A stretch of DNA of 64,000 nt from the human T2T-CHM13v2.0 reference genome, Homo sapiens. The translations under genes and the position numbers were made by a program. Positions 1 through 13,500 of this stretch are shown piece by piece. The notes beneath the pieces are model-generated. The model had not been told where the DNA came from and did not search any database. It was given only the letters and a program-made list of their open reading frames with translations. Location of the stretch: the NCBI RefSeq assembly GCF_009914755.1, contig NC_060926.1, one strand, 5' to 3'. Numbering within the stretch: the stretch's first letter is position 1; every line of letters begins with the position of its first letter.

Positions 1-325
1 GGACAATGGGCCAGGTAGGCTATTGGAGCCCAAGGCCATGTTCACATGGAAGAACTGGAACCTTACTGGGCTCCTTCAGCAGAAACTGAGCCACAGAAGA
101 AATTGAGCTACTGCTGGAGATACTGCTGTGGGTCAAAAAAGGGAAATCATTCTGCTTTCCCCTCACATACTGTCCAACCTCTCAGCAGCACCTCCCACTG
201 GTGAAACCTAAGCCAAAGTCACCCCGCTCTTCTTGTGGGAGACGGGCCAGAGGCAAACAAAACATTTGGTCAAAGGGGCAGGATGGATGCTTCTGAAGGC
301 AAGGAGGCTCAGCAACTGACAACAC
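1..325 (-). mobile_element. Old ERVL-class LTR fragment (LTR33/LTR16-like), cut by the window edge
   Basis: 'cacctcccactggtgaaacctaagccaaagtc...gaggcaaac' resembles the CCTCCCATTGGCCAAACCTAACCGGAAGCC motif of LTR33-like elements; highly diverged. Confidence 0.35.
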
Positions 326-415
326 CTAACATGGCAACACTTTTGACATGACAGTTTGAACATTAAATTCAACTACATTTTTCTTCAATGATGATTATTA
401 TCAGAGGATAATTTA

Positions 416-751
<336 letters not shown>

Positions 752-2380
752 TTAAGGTTTAATCTCTTCTGCTTTTTACAGATCTCAACATTACCCAAGT
801 AACAAATCTGTTTAATTTGATATTTATATTTTCTGTGTAAATAAGTAAGAAGTGGTAAGAAAATGACTACACTAGTTTAGCTTTTTTAAGGAAAATTAGG
901 AATAAAAAACCTAATGCTTTTATGCCCTCCTCAGGGGAAAAAAAAATGCATAACAAAGAGAAAGAGACTGAAATCTGGAAACACCATATCGAAGGAAGAG
1001 CCTCTGTAAATACAGAAGTTTGGTGGGTATTTTTCAAGCTGCTTAATACTGCTGACTGGGCATCTTTACATGACAAACACCAGATGGAAAAATCAGTCGA
1101 GAGTCACAAGCTGAGGATGATTTCATTATAAAATGATCATTTACTCATAATTATCCAGAAAAGTCCAAAACCCTTCAGTGCTTTTGTAATAACATTTGTG
1201 TTACCAAAATATAGCATGAGTGTACTTTTGCTAAAAGTTTACACTCTAATCTGCAGGAGAAACCTAATTATTCTAATATGACACATAAAATGTCTGTCTA
1301 ATTTTAAAATTGAAATTCCGATTTCCAGTAAAACATTTCACCATCACACCATTTGCAGTTTTTCCTCCTAAACTGCTGTCTACAAAAATACTGTAATAAC
1401 ACAGCTTTTCTGATTAACCAAACAACCAATAATCAAGAAGACAGAGTGACTTACTTTCATCCTTATGTAAATAAAAAGCTTATTCTCATTCTCTAATAGC
1501 TGCACATAACAATAAAACGCTTTTAATAAGTTTTAAGAGACTTAGACCAAAAAATCAATTTAGCCAATGTCACTTCCATTGACCACACAGCGTGTCTAGG
1601 GCTGCATCATGACATGTTTGCATTGTTATTTGGTGGTAAACAAAATGAAAAGATCTGTCATTGGAATTTAAATAAGAGAGACTGGTTACATAAACTACAG
1701 CATTCTAAATTTCAGTACTGTACAGTCAACAGCTTGAAGCTCCCCCTGCCAGCTAAACACAGTTGAATTGTTTTTCCAGAGAGGAAAGATTAATAGCTAC
1801 AAATCACAACCTTTGACTTTTGACATAAATTCTAAGTGAAATGCAATTGGAAAAGCTGGTGAAACCTTAAGTTATTGCTATAAAGGAGTATAATGACCGC
1901 ATATCTACAATAACTAAATATATACACCCAATTTGGAGTCAGATTTTCTCTCCAGCTTACATTAGAGTATGTCTTATGAATGTACAAGTTTTAGGTTTGC
2001 ATCCCCACTGTACTTCTGCAAAGGAAAGCCTCAAATTGCTGACTCCTTCAATAATGCAGATTGTTTACAAGTATGATATCCAAAGAAAATAAACCTGTAT
2101 AAATATAAGGAATATATTTCCTTTGACATTTTAATTGCCTTTATTTAAAAGTCATTTTGTACATTACTTTGTGGTATTGCAATTCTGAGCCTTCTCGAGG
2201 AACAGAGAGGCTGATGATTTTCCCTAAACATTTTAGTTAAAATTGGAGAATTACCATAAAGTTGGGATATATGTGTGTTCTTTGAAAGAAAAATATGTAG
2301 CTTTTATTACTGACCATGACATTCAACAGTAACTTATTTATCATATTATCATTACTAAAATGAGAATGACTTTATAGCTT

Positions 2381-2419
2381 AATTATAAAATGATATAATG
2401 CATTATATCATTCATAATT
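2381..2419. repeat. AT-rich palindrome (24-bp perfect core)
   Basis: aatgatataatg|cattatatcatt (2389-2412) is self-complementary; extended by aattat/ataatt arms. Confidence 0.9.
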
Positions 2420-2867
2420 CATTTATGATAATAATAAAATATCAGTTACAGGCAACTACCAAAAACAGGTCAAATCAGTAGCTTTTTAATTGTAATTCAA
2501 CTATACTTTCTATAAAGAAACAATTAAATTAATACCTGTGTACCAAATGAGTGTGCAATAAAGAGTTAACGGCCCATTTCACTGCAATGTAAAAATGGAA
2601 TTCCAAATACTATTCAGTGGCACAGAAGCACCACACCAAGCTGCACTTTTCATATCCCTTTAGGAATAAGAGTTATCCTATTATAAATTCTGGAGGAAAA
2701 AGATCCCAGGATTACAGAACTGATAAGTAACAAGCCATGTACTGATGGGTCAGATAAAAAGCTTTCTGTAAAACAATAAAACACCCTTTTTCATAAATCT
2801 CATAATCCTGGATAGGCCTATGCAATGTGACATAGGCAGTATCACCAGTTTCCAAAAGAAAAGAGAA

Positions 2868-2880
2868 ACACACACAGACA

Positions 2881-2937
<57 letters not shown>
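2868..2937. repeat. Compound (CA)n(GA)n microsatellite
   Basis: Direct reading: CA run, then GA run, then GAGACA units. Confidence 0.97.
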
Positions 2938-4219
2938 CCCATTTTTATGATTCTGAGATTCTAATGCTGAAATATGACTCATGCTTCATATATCACATTC
3001 ATTCAGTGGTGGTTACAGACATGCACTAGTCTTGAAATGAAAAAAAAAATTCCTTAAAAGGGAATTTCTGTTTGTTAGCTCTCTCTTAAAATTCATCATT
3101 TTGTTTGTAAGAGCATTAAAATAACTTGTTATAATCCTCTAAGGAGAAAGAGGTAAATGCTCTGCTGTTGTTAATCTTAAATGTGTGTCATTAATATTTA
3201 GTTGTTTCCAGATGATGAGCTATTAGAAACCTGAACATTTGCATATCTCTTCTTGGCTTTCAATTCTAGATGGTGTGCTGAGAAAATGGGTTCGTTTCCT
3301 TTTCCTCCTGAGACCTAGATGAAAAATATGACACACATATTTAATAGGCACAGAGGACGTAAGATGACTGGGTAGTTATCAACATCATAATAGATACTTC
3401 AATGAGGTTTTGGGAGATGGAAAGTGGACACAAGTGTGTGAATCAATGAGCACTGCAGAATTTGCTACAAATAGGCTGCTCTGGGAGATGAGATCAAGTC
3501 TTCTCCTCAGACACTAAAGTGGATTGGGCTCAGAGGAGAAGAGTGCATGGAGCAAGAGAGGGAGAAGTAGTCACAAGTGTGGATGGAGTGAGAGAGGGAG
3601 AAGTAGTCATAATGATGACTTAAGGATCAGTATTGGTGATGGTTGTGTCAGGCAGCACAGTCAGCCCCTATGCAAAGCCTAGGCAGTCCAGCATTTGTCT
3701 CTGTGGGGACAAAACAACAGGAATTATTTACCAAAGAACTTAAATGAACTATCTGGGGAGGAAACAGTCAGAAGACAAGTGTGGATATCAGACTTCTAAA
3801 TACAATTCTGACCATTCTGACATTTGACATGTAGCCACACACCCAGCACCTTGTTGCTAATCCTGTAATAAAGTATGACAGTAGTCCTGCCCCTCTCATA
3901 TGCACAAGGCTGACTGCCTATTCAAGGAAGGAGCACAAATAGAACTATTTGCAAATTTGCCAGAGAAACCCACATCTGCTGACCAACTCTGCATTCTTAA
4001 CTATGAACAGGCAAATAAGGATCATCAGGTGTGTGAAAAAAGCAACAGCATGAAAAATGCCAAAATAAACAGAAACAATGACCACAGAAGAAGGAAAGAG
4101 AGCAGGTACTTCTGTAAGCAAATAAAAAGGTATAAACAACAAAAGCCTCTCTTGTATAAACAGAAATCAGAGGTGATATTATGTCAATATAACAAAAACA
4201 TGATGTTATATAAAAGAAA

Positions 4220-4350
4220 GAAAAAATCAGAGAGTGAAATTAGTATGCTTGGATAATTAAAGATGTAAATATGATATAAAGAGAAAAAAATCAGAGAGTG
4301 AAATTAGTATGCTTGGATAATTAGAGATGTAAATATGATATAAAGAGAAA
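4220..4350. repeat. Recent ~64-bp tandem duplication
   Basis: tcagagagtgaaattagtatgcttggataatta(a/g)agatgtaaatatgatataaagagaaa occurs at 4227 and 4291 with one mismatch. Confidence 0.95.
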
Positions 4351-4761
4351 CAAGAGGGGAAACAAGAGGAGGAAGAAGTTTGTCCCAACATGTAGAACAG
4401 AAAGACAAAAAGTGTGAGAGAAAAAATATTAGTCAAGATGAAACAGTAACATTCTACTAAAAATATTTCTTAAAAAATAAAATTGAAAGCAAAGCTGGAA
4501 GGAAATTATCTAATTATCAGAAGAATAACAGGGGAGAACTTCACGGACTTAAGACAGGAGTCTAGGTCTAAAGATTCAACGAGTGCTCAATACCTAATGA
4601 AATATATATTTCTAAACTATTCTTGTGAAAATTTCAGAACACCAAGGATAGAGATACTGTAAACTTCTAAAGAAGTAAAACAGCTAACATACAAATAAAA
4701 CTGAGACTAGCATAGGCATTCTCCCCAGAAATACCAGATTGTAGAATAAAACACTGCAGAT

Positions 4762-4805
4762 AAAACAAAACAAAACAAAACAAAACAAAACAAAACAAAA
4801 AAAAC
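4762..4805. repeat. (AAAAC)n pentanucleotide repeat
   Basis: Direct reading. Confidence 0.95.
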
Positions 4806-5753
4806 ACAGGATTTTTATTTCAAACTCCATGTCATGCCAAAATATCACTCAAATGTGCGGCCCAAATAAGGACATTTTCAAACAGACATGATCTTTTAAA
4901 ATGTACCTTGTGCATATCATTTTCTAGAAAGTTCTTTGAATATGTGTTTCAAAAAAAAAATACCTGCAAAAGAAAAAGAGGCAAATATTGGATCTAAAGA
5001 AGGGTGGACATAGCCCAGGCAATCCTTAAAGGCAAGTGTGGGCTGATGGCTGTACATCAGGTTTAAAAATGTGCTGGTCAAAATTGAAGCACACAGGTAG
5101 AAGGACTAGAGGGGGAGGACTTCAGGTAGAAAGAGGGTGTTAGAGAGGTTGGAAATAGGACATAAGATAGCATGTATGAGAGGATGGAAGTCTTGAGATT
5201 TTGATGAATTCACAGAGAGAGTAGCATTAAAGTTTTCAAGAAAATAAAAAGATGCACAAAATAATATGCTCCAAATAAAAGATCAAACAAAATGCTTCTT
5301 AGCACTTGGATGAAGTATAAGAAATGAGAATCCAGTTGTCCTCAATCCTGGAAATGTTTTTCTTTAAGTGTCCCAGACATCATGACACCAGACTTTCAGG
5401 AAAGAAAATTTAATCCCATTTGCTGTGGCAGTGAACAATGTTTATAGGGTCACAACAATGCAAACACTGCAAATTGGTTTCCAACTTCAAAAATCAATCT
5501 ACGGACAAAAGATGAAAAGAGTACCAGTTTGATAAGTTAAAATAAATCAAAAGAATAAAGGAAGAATGAGGCAGATGAAAGGTGGAGGGAAGGGTAGTGT
5601 GAAATACTGACTAGAGCTGACGGTTTATACATACCAGAGTATGCATCCTATTCAAAGTCATAAACATAATGTATGGAAAAACTGAAAGTAATGATAAAAC
5701 TGTCAAATATTGAAAGGAGGGAGCAGGAGAGAAGATGATATAGAATGAAATAA

Positions 5754-6068
<315 letters not shown>

Positions 6069-6942
6069 ATAAATCATAGATTTTTAAGAAAGTGAACAGA
6101 CATTGTCTCCAGTTGGAAAATTAAGAAAAACAGATGTAAACATACCTAGAGTTAAAACGATAACCTACAGAAAAATGAAAACAGAAATGATTAGAGAAAA
6201 TTTTTCCTGGAGATTGGGACTAGGAGCAGAAAATAATGAATTGGATGACTCTGCTTTTCATTAGAAGCCTTTTTGTACTATTTTCTTTGCTATAATGCAC
6301 ATATAACCTTGACAACATTTCAAAATAAAAATAAATTTAAATTCTTTTAGAACATTTCCACCCAGTTTTAAATGACTGAAATTTAAAAACCACATTTTTA
6401 ATACTAAAAAATACTCTACCAATTTTAAAAATTTCTTTGTGAAACAACTTACTACTCTGAACTGTAACATATATACTATTTCCACTAGAAACTTATTTCA
6501 GAATGTGAAAGAGCATTTAGGAGCACCCAAATTAGCTATGAGTTCAACCTAATGTAATTTGTTTGAATGTTTGGGAGCATGATCAAAGCGATTCATTTTT
6601 TTTTTTTTTTTCAGCATCTGCTTGCATACCTGTAACTTTTTCAGAAAACTCAATATTTTATTATTTGGAATTATTTCACTTGACAAATTTTGTTTCTAGA
6701 TTAAGATAGAAGGCTGTAATGGTTCTCGGAGATTTGTGATGATTTCCAAGATCTCTAATGTGTGAATTAAAGAGGATTTGTGAGTCTAAACGTGGCCTAA
6801 CAGGTTAAAAAACACACTCCTTTAAAAGCTGCTACATATGAAATTGAGTAAATATAAGCATTTTTCACATTGAGTATACCCCCTGTTACTTGGTTTTTGA
6901 ATCAGTAATACAGTGTCAATAGAGCAAATATTATGCCATAAG

Positions 6943-7251
<309 letters not shown>

Positions 7252-8149
7252 TAGACAGTCAGCAAAGGTCAACCAGTGACCTATTGCATTGGCATACTAT
7301 TAACTACTTCAGGCCAAGTAGCAATCTGAGCTGGATCCATATTAATGATTTCAAGAATCATACTAATTATGGCGTTTGGTGAAACTTACTGCTTTTGTAT
7401 AGGATACAATGAGTGTTACCAATTCATCTCTAGTCTCTCCTGATTTCACCAATGGCTAGAAGAGAAATCTGGTTCGTGTATATGTTGAAAATTGGACCAT
7501 ACACACACACAATTAGGATCAATATATAATAGGACCATATGTTAAAAAAAAAGGAACATTGTATATTTTACATATATAATATATATGGACCTTTCTATGC
7601 TATATATATGGTTCTATTCTATATTTAATAGGAACCTATTAATCTGCTGCAATCTTATATATCAAATCTATATATGTAAGTCTTGTAAACTTATGAAGTA
7701 GATTCTAGCTACTAAAATCTAGTGTTCTCCAGTGCTGAGCTGTTCAGTGCAATTTTGTAATACTTGAAGAATAATTTAGAAAAGTTATAATCCAATGGTA
7801 TATTTACAGAAGTAGAAACATTTAAAAAGGTGAATTTACCTGCCTCCTGTGAAATTAAATTGTTTTGGATAATTCCATAATTGAGCTGATAGGAAGATGT
7901 CAGTGGACTATTTCAAACATGACGGATTTTCACGTATGGAGTCTTTTTTATTGGAATCCAGATGCAATACTATACAAATAAAAGGCATATTTTATAACTG
8001 AAATTTCAGTTTAGAAATCCAGAGATGCCTTTATTTGCTGATGTAGTCCTCATATTAAATAGAAGGAATTTCCAGTATATACTTGCCACTTACAGTTTTT
8101 GGTAGTCTGTCATCAAGGACTGGGGCCTCTGAACCAGGGTTACAAAAAT

Positions 8150-8380
8150 GGTTAACAGTTAACAGCCTTCCATTTGTCAAAGATGGTACTATGCATTTTG
8201 CATGCTTTATTTCATTTAAACCTCACTGCAAACGCCTGAGGTTTGTATGGTTTGAATATTTCTCACAGAAGGAAAATGAGTCAGAAGCTTGTAAGTGACT
8301 TACCCGAGGACATACACAACTAATAAGTGTCTGAAACAGAATTTGAACTGAAGCCTCCTGGCTAGAGTACACAGTATCTC
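8150..8380 (-). mobile_element. MIR SINE
   Basis: Core 'acagaaggaaaatgagtcagaag...aagtgacttacccgaggacatacacaactaataagtg...atttgaact'. Confidence 0.75.
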
Positions 8381-8675
8381 CTTCTTATGCTATCTCTACT
8401 GCCAAATATACCAAATCCAGAATTTTATCACTAAAGATATTTTTTAAAAATTTTTACTCATATAATTAGAAAATGTTTTTCATGCGTCTGACATAAAAAT
8501 ACTGAATAAATGTTATGTTTTTGCTACAAAAAAGTATAGACTCTGGTGGTATTCATTTCCTTTGCTTGAAAAATCTTTCTTACCATATTCATATGATATA
8601 CTTCATTCAAATCTCCTAAATGTTACCATATCAGAGAGGCCTTCATAAAAATAAGCATATAAAATTTACTCTTCT

Positions 8676-8795
8676 GGTTGGGCATGGTGGCTTCTGCCTG
8701 TAATCCTAGCATTTTGGGAGACTGAGGCCAGAGGATTGCTTGAGCCTAGGAGTTTGAGACCAGCTTGGGTGACATAGTGAAACCCTGTTTCTAAA
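8676..8795 (+). mobile_element. Free left Alu monomer (FLAM-C-like)
   Basis: Left arm only ('gaggattgcttgagcctaggagtttgagaccagc'); degenerate TSD aaaatttactcttct / aaaatgctatccttct brackets the monomer plus the purine tract. Confidence 0.85.
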
Positions 8796-8988
8796 TAAGG
8801 AGAAAAGAAAGAAGGGAAGGAAGGGGAAGGGAAGGAAGGGGAAGGGGAAGGGAAGGGGGAGGGGAGGGTAGGGGAGGGGGAGGGGAAGGAAAGGGGAAGG
8901 GGAGGGGAGGGGAGGGGAGGAGAAGGAAGGGAAGGGAAGGGTAGGGAAGGGAAGGGAAGGGGAGGGGAGGGAAAGGAGAAAGAGAAAA
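8796..8988. repeat. Polypurine (GGAAG/GGGGA)n tract
   Basis: About 190 nt almost entirely A/G. Confidence 0.95.
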
Positions 8989-10439
8989 TGCTATCCTTCT
9001 GCTTCTAGCTCTTTTGAAGTAGTTTTTTGTTTGTTTGTTTTGTTTTTACCAGAGTGTAAACTCCATGAGGAAAAGCAATGCATCTGTTTTGTTCATCGAT
9101 AGATTGTGAGCACATGGGGCTGTCACTGCCTAACATGTAGCTCGTGCTTAATAAATGTTTCTTGAGTGAATAAAGAATTTTAAGTCTTACTTTACCACTT
9201 GGGTAGAAAATAATTGTTTTGCAGTTGAATAAGCATGGTCAGCAGCTATAAACCAAACCAGACATTGATTCCATGTGGAAATGCTTGGGAGAAAGAGGAA
9301 TGGTCAGCAGGATGTATCACATCTCTTGGAAAGAAACACCCAAAGACTAACTCCAACAAAAGAATACAACAGGAGCGTCAGGAGCATCATTATTGCAATA
9401 AAGGCAGAACACTTATTCTAAATCCATGTCTATCTCTGTGCATTCTGGATATGATAACCAGCAACTTGATTTTTACATATTATGTCTATGTAAAAATAAA
9501 TTTTAGTTCTTTATAATACTAGGGGAAAGATTTAGCTCACTATCAGCCTAATATTAAATCCATGTCAGTTCCCTTCCTGTTTCTCACATTTTTCTTAGAG
9601 TTTATTATATTTTACATTTAATATTGAAGATTTCATAGAATATGCTTCTATACATGAAATTGTATTCCATGCAATTCTTCTTTGCACTGAAATGTTTTCA
9701 ATGTTTAAAATATAGGAAATACATTGAAAGCCTATGAAAACAGTATTAGCATGCAAGATAAGGTCACTGGGGCTGTGGCTTCTCATTTTTTCTGATGTAT
9801 TCTATAACAGTGGTGCATGGAGGACATAATTTCACACACAGCATAAAGTAAAAGAGTGAAAAGAAGCCCTGCTTTATAGTAGGACTTTAAGTAATATAAA
9901 TGTAACTAAGATTTCTGTTTTATCCCATTGGGCCAATTTGATCAACTGGTGAAATTTACTATCTGATTAGACAGCTAAGAAAGAATGATTATTATTATTA
10001 ACAGCAAGGAGAGAGTTTCAGAGCAACTGAACAAAATGAAACACACTTTAAATTAATTTGATGTTTCTCTAGAGTCTGGAAAAGTAAAGGATGTATATTT
10101 AAGCAGTCTAACAGCTGAGAAAAAACACCACAACCTTTCTCAGTCAATTGCATTACCAAGCAGAATATATTTGTAAATATCTTTTAAGACACTAAAATAT
10201 GCTACTTAAATTAAAATTACAGTGTTACCATAATTCATAGCTTATAGTAAAACAACTAAAGGTAAATTACTGATGTCTACAGGAATCAAGACGAAGAAGC
10301 ATGGTAAGATTCTTAAGAAAAGGTGTTTTGTCCTCTAGAAAGCTGTAGTTCCCATGCTAGGGCTGGAAAAAGGTAGATGGGCAGTAAATCTACATTGTGT
10401 GAATGAGTGTTAGATGGCTCATCTGTAATTACAAAGTGG

Positions 10440-10668
10440 CACTGCACAGTTAGCCTATCCTGGTTCAACTCCTGAATGAAGGATTTACTATTAACTGTGT
10501 GACTGGGGAAACAAAGTTTACATTTCTGGGTCTCAGTTTTTTCATATGCAAAGAAAAGAGAATGTAATAATTCCTACCTCCTAGGGTTGCTGGGAGAATT
10601 ACATAACCAAATCCATGAGAAGTTGTAGATCTCTACCTGGCACAGAGTAAGCACTCAATAAATGTTAA
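10440..10668 (+). mobile_element. MIR SINE
   Basis: 'ctgtgtgactggggaa...tctcagtttt...cctacctcctagggttgc...cctggcacagagtaagcactcaataaatgtta'. Confidence 0.8.
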
Positions 10669-11601
10669 ATTCTAATTTTATGTATACCCAAGGCCAAATA
10701 TTCTCAACCCAATATGCACTAAAATGTGTACTCCATCTTTGTGTGGGTTTTTTTGTTTGTGTTTATTTATTTATTTATTATTTTATTTTATTTTTAGTGA
10801 TAGTGGCTAATGAATTTGTTTTGCTTTGGTCCCAAAAACTTTGTCCTAATATGTAGAGAAAAATGCTTAGAAATTCCAAAAGTATGCCATGCCTATATAT
10901 TATCCACATATTTGTCTGTCCAGGCATTCTTTTTCAGCAAAATTTTCAAGAACTGACACAAATGACTACTTTTATTGATGCTGGATACCTTGGTGCCCCA
11001 GTGTTACACAGAGAGTGACATATTCAAAATTCTAGAGAAATGGCAAATTTCAACTTTACACACTGTTGGTAAATGTCCATCTATAAGATATAATTAAGTA
11101 GGGTATAACTAATACTTACATAGAGATACCATTTTATTGCTGAACTTTTCTATTCTCAATTAACATTGCTATTCTTATGTTTTTATTTTCTTTCTTTCTT
11201 TATTACATTATTTTTTCCACAAATATTAACTGAGTACATGTATTATCCTATCAACCCACTAATTAAAACACTTCAATTCCTTCCCATTGCTCTGAAGATA
11301 TAAACTAAATACTTAATTTACTCTATAAGACCCTGCAGAATCTGTACCCTACAAATCACTCTGGCTTCTTTTAGAAACATGGTTTCCATTGCCTCCTTCT
11401 TTCAGCCCCTGGTCCCCCTTCAGTTCCTCCAATGTGCTATGTTCTTTTCTGTTATAAGATTCTTGAAGTGCTCTTTTTCTCCTCTGATTACTCTCACAGC
11501 CCCTTTCTTTTTCTTCTACAAGAAGGTATGTCCCATAAAATAAAATAGGTAGTGGCAACACTGTACCTCTCTCTCTTTTCTCTCCCTCTCTCTCTAAATA
11601 T

Positions 11602-11611
11602 ATAGATAGAT

Positions 11612-11654
<43 letters not shown>

Positions 11655-11696
11655 GATAGATTGATAGATAGATAGATGATAGATAGATAGATAGAT
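11602..11696. repeat. Interrupted (GATA/TAGA)n tetranucleotide STR, flanked by (CT)n and TG/TA repeats
   Basis: Direct reading; TAGA runs interrupted by TGA and TTGA. Confidence 0.97.
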
Positions 11697-11769
11697 GTGT
11701 GTGTATGTACGTGTATATATATATAGACTTGTGTATATATAGATATATGTGATGTTTTATGAAGCAGAG

Positions 11770-11892
11770 ATGAATAATAGCTTATGAGCCCCACTCAAAA
11801 TTTCAGGTCCACGAACAAAATAAATTATTATTGTAGTTTTTAGGCATTAGGTATGAAAGTAGTTTGTTAAGTACCAATAGATAAACAAAACA
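11770..11892 (+). mobile_element. MLT1 (MaLR) LTR 3' fragment
   Basis: 'aataaattattattgtagtttttaggcattagg...agtttgttaagtaccaatagataaacaaaaca' resembles the MLT1 3' end. Confidence 0.5.
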
Positions 11893-13372
11893 CCTTGCAC
11901 CCATGTGGATTAACATCACTAGAAAAAAGCCACACAGCCATGCAGACTAGTTTTGATTTAAATTCCAGTCTACTGGAATACATGCATTTGTCTACTTGAC
12001 ATCTTCACTTTGACGCCAAATATGCAGTTAAAACTTAACATGTCCAGGTTCAAATTCTTAATGCTATTCCTCTGAAAAGCTGCTCCTTGAGATTTTCCCA
12101 TCTCAGTCGATTATAAATCCTCTTCCCAGTTGCTCAGGCCTAACAAGATTGTGGTCATCTTTGACTTCACTCTAATGTTCAACAATAAATCCAGCAGCAA
12201 ATCCTGTTGGCTCGTGCATAATAATATATCCAGAATTTCACCATGTCTCTCTATGGCCAAAGCTACCAACATCTTCATCTCCACATTGATCTCTGTGTTT
12301 CCTAAAGTCTTGGGGTGCTTGGTGAGGGGTGGTGGGGAGGGAAGGTTGTGCTCAACACAACAGGCAATGTTATCATTATACAACTGTGAAGTCATATCAC
12401 ATCATCAGATCACTCCTCTTTCCAGCACCCTCCGGTGGCGTCCTAATTGACTCAGTAAAAGCCAAAGTCCTTAAATGTCCAAATAGCCCGTGTGATCCAG
12501 GTCTTTTATGTCTGACTCATCTCCGACCCAAGTTTCCCTCCACTCACTCACTTCTAGCTATACTGGCTTCCTTGCTTTTCCTTGAATTTACCTGCCTAGT
12601 TCTAGCTCTTGGGCTTCTTGGTGCTGTTTTCTATTCTACCTGGAATCTTTTACTTGCTGTTGGCTTCCTTGCCTCCATCAGGTCTGTGTTCAAATGTAAA
12701 ATTCTGATCATCTTATTTAAAATTGGAACACTTACAGCCCATCTCTATCTAGCAACCTGCATAGGTTTGTTTTTCTCTATAACCTTTATCCCATCTGGTA
12801 TTAAATATTTAATTTTATTCTTCACTTTCCCAAACCCTTAGAACACCGGCATCATGGCTTCTTCAGTCTGTTTTGTTTACTGCAACATCCCATCCCGCAG
12901 AGAAGTGGAGACGCCTACAGTATTTGCCTGATGAACAACAGTACATGTGTCAGTCTTGCCTTCTTCCTGATTAAAACCCAAGCTCCTCAAAGATTGGTCC
13001 GATGCCATGTGCTTCACAAATACCCTCATGATATCTAGCACATATTTGAGGATAGGGAAGTTTTATACACACTTTCAATGCTTGCAATTAAATAAAAGGA
13101 TTCTCAGGAATTTAGTAGCATCCATAGGACTCTACTGATAGTCTTAAAAATATTTCTTCCTACATCAGTGCTCATTTACAAGAAAAATTATATTATAGAA
13201 TTGTAATTTAATTATATTATAGAAATAGTTTCTTGTAGAAAGTTGGTCTAAAGTCACACAGGAAACGGCAGTTAATAATACTTGCTAACATTTAAACCAT
13301 AAATCAAAAATACATATTTGTTATTATGTATTATTATATTTCGTTTTGCAGCAATGTTCTTCAGAACCACCT

Positions 13373-13500
13373 TTGGATGGTTAATTTTATGTATCAGCTT
13401 GACCGGGCAAGGGATACACAGATAACTGGTAAAATATTATTTCTGGATATGTCTGTGAGGGCATTTCCAGATGAGATGAACATTTGAATTGGTCGATTAC
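13373..13500 (+). mobile_element. MLT2 (ERVL) LTR 5' fragment (MLT2D-like)
   Basis: 'tggttaattttatgtatcagcttgaccgggcaagggatacacagataactggtaaaatattatttctggatatgtctgtgagggc' matches the MLT2 start. Confidence 0.8.

Larger units (their letters stand above)
8560..9175 (+). mobile_element. L2 LINE 3' end, interrupted by a FLAM monomer
   Basis: 'agagtgtaaactccatgagg...tctgttttgttcat...gtgcttaataaatgtttcttgagtgaataaa' is the L2 3' terminus. Confidence 0.7.
11240..12940 (+). mobile_element. L2 LINE fragments (about 11240-11520 and 11950-12940)
   Basis: 'tctacttgacatcttcacttt...aaacttaacatgtcc', 'ccagttgctcaggcc...gtcatctttgacttc', and a 3' end near 12930. Confidence 0.7.

Noticed and set aside
12111-12841. 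170-aa hydrophobic ORF and overlapping ORFs that look like a membrane protein
   Set aside because: They lie within a pyrimidine-rich L2 relic; the hydrophobicity follows from T-richness and there is no domain or exon structure
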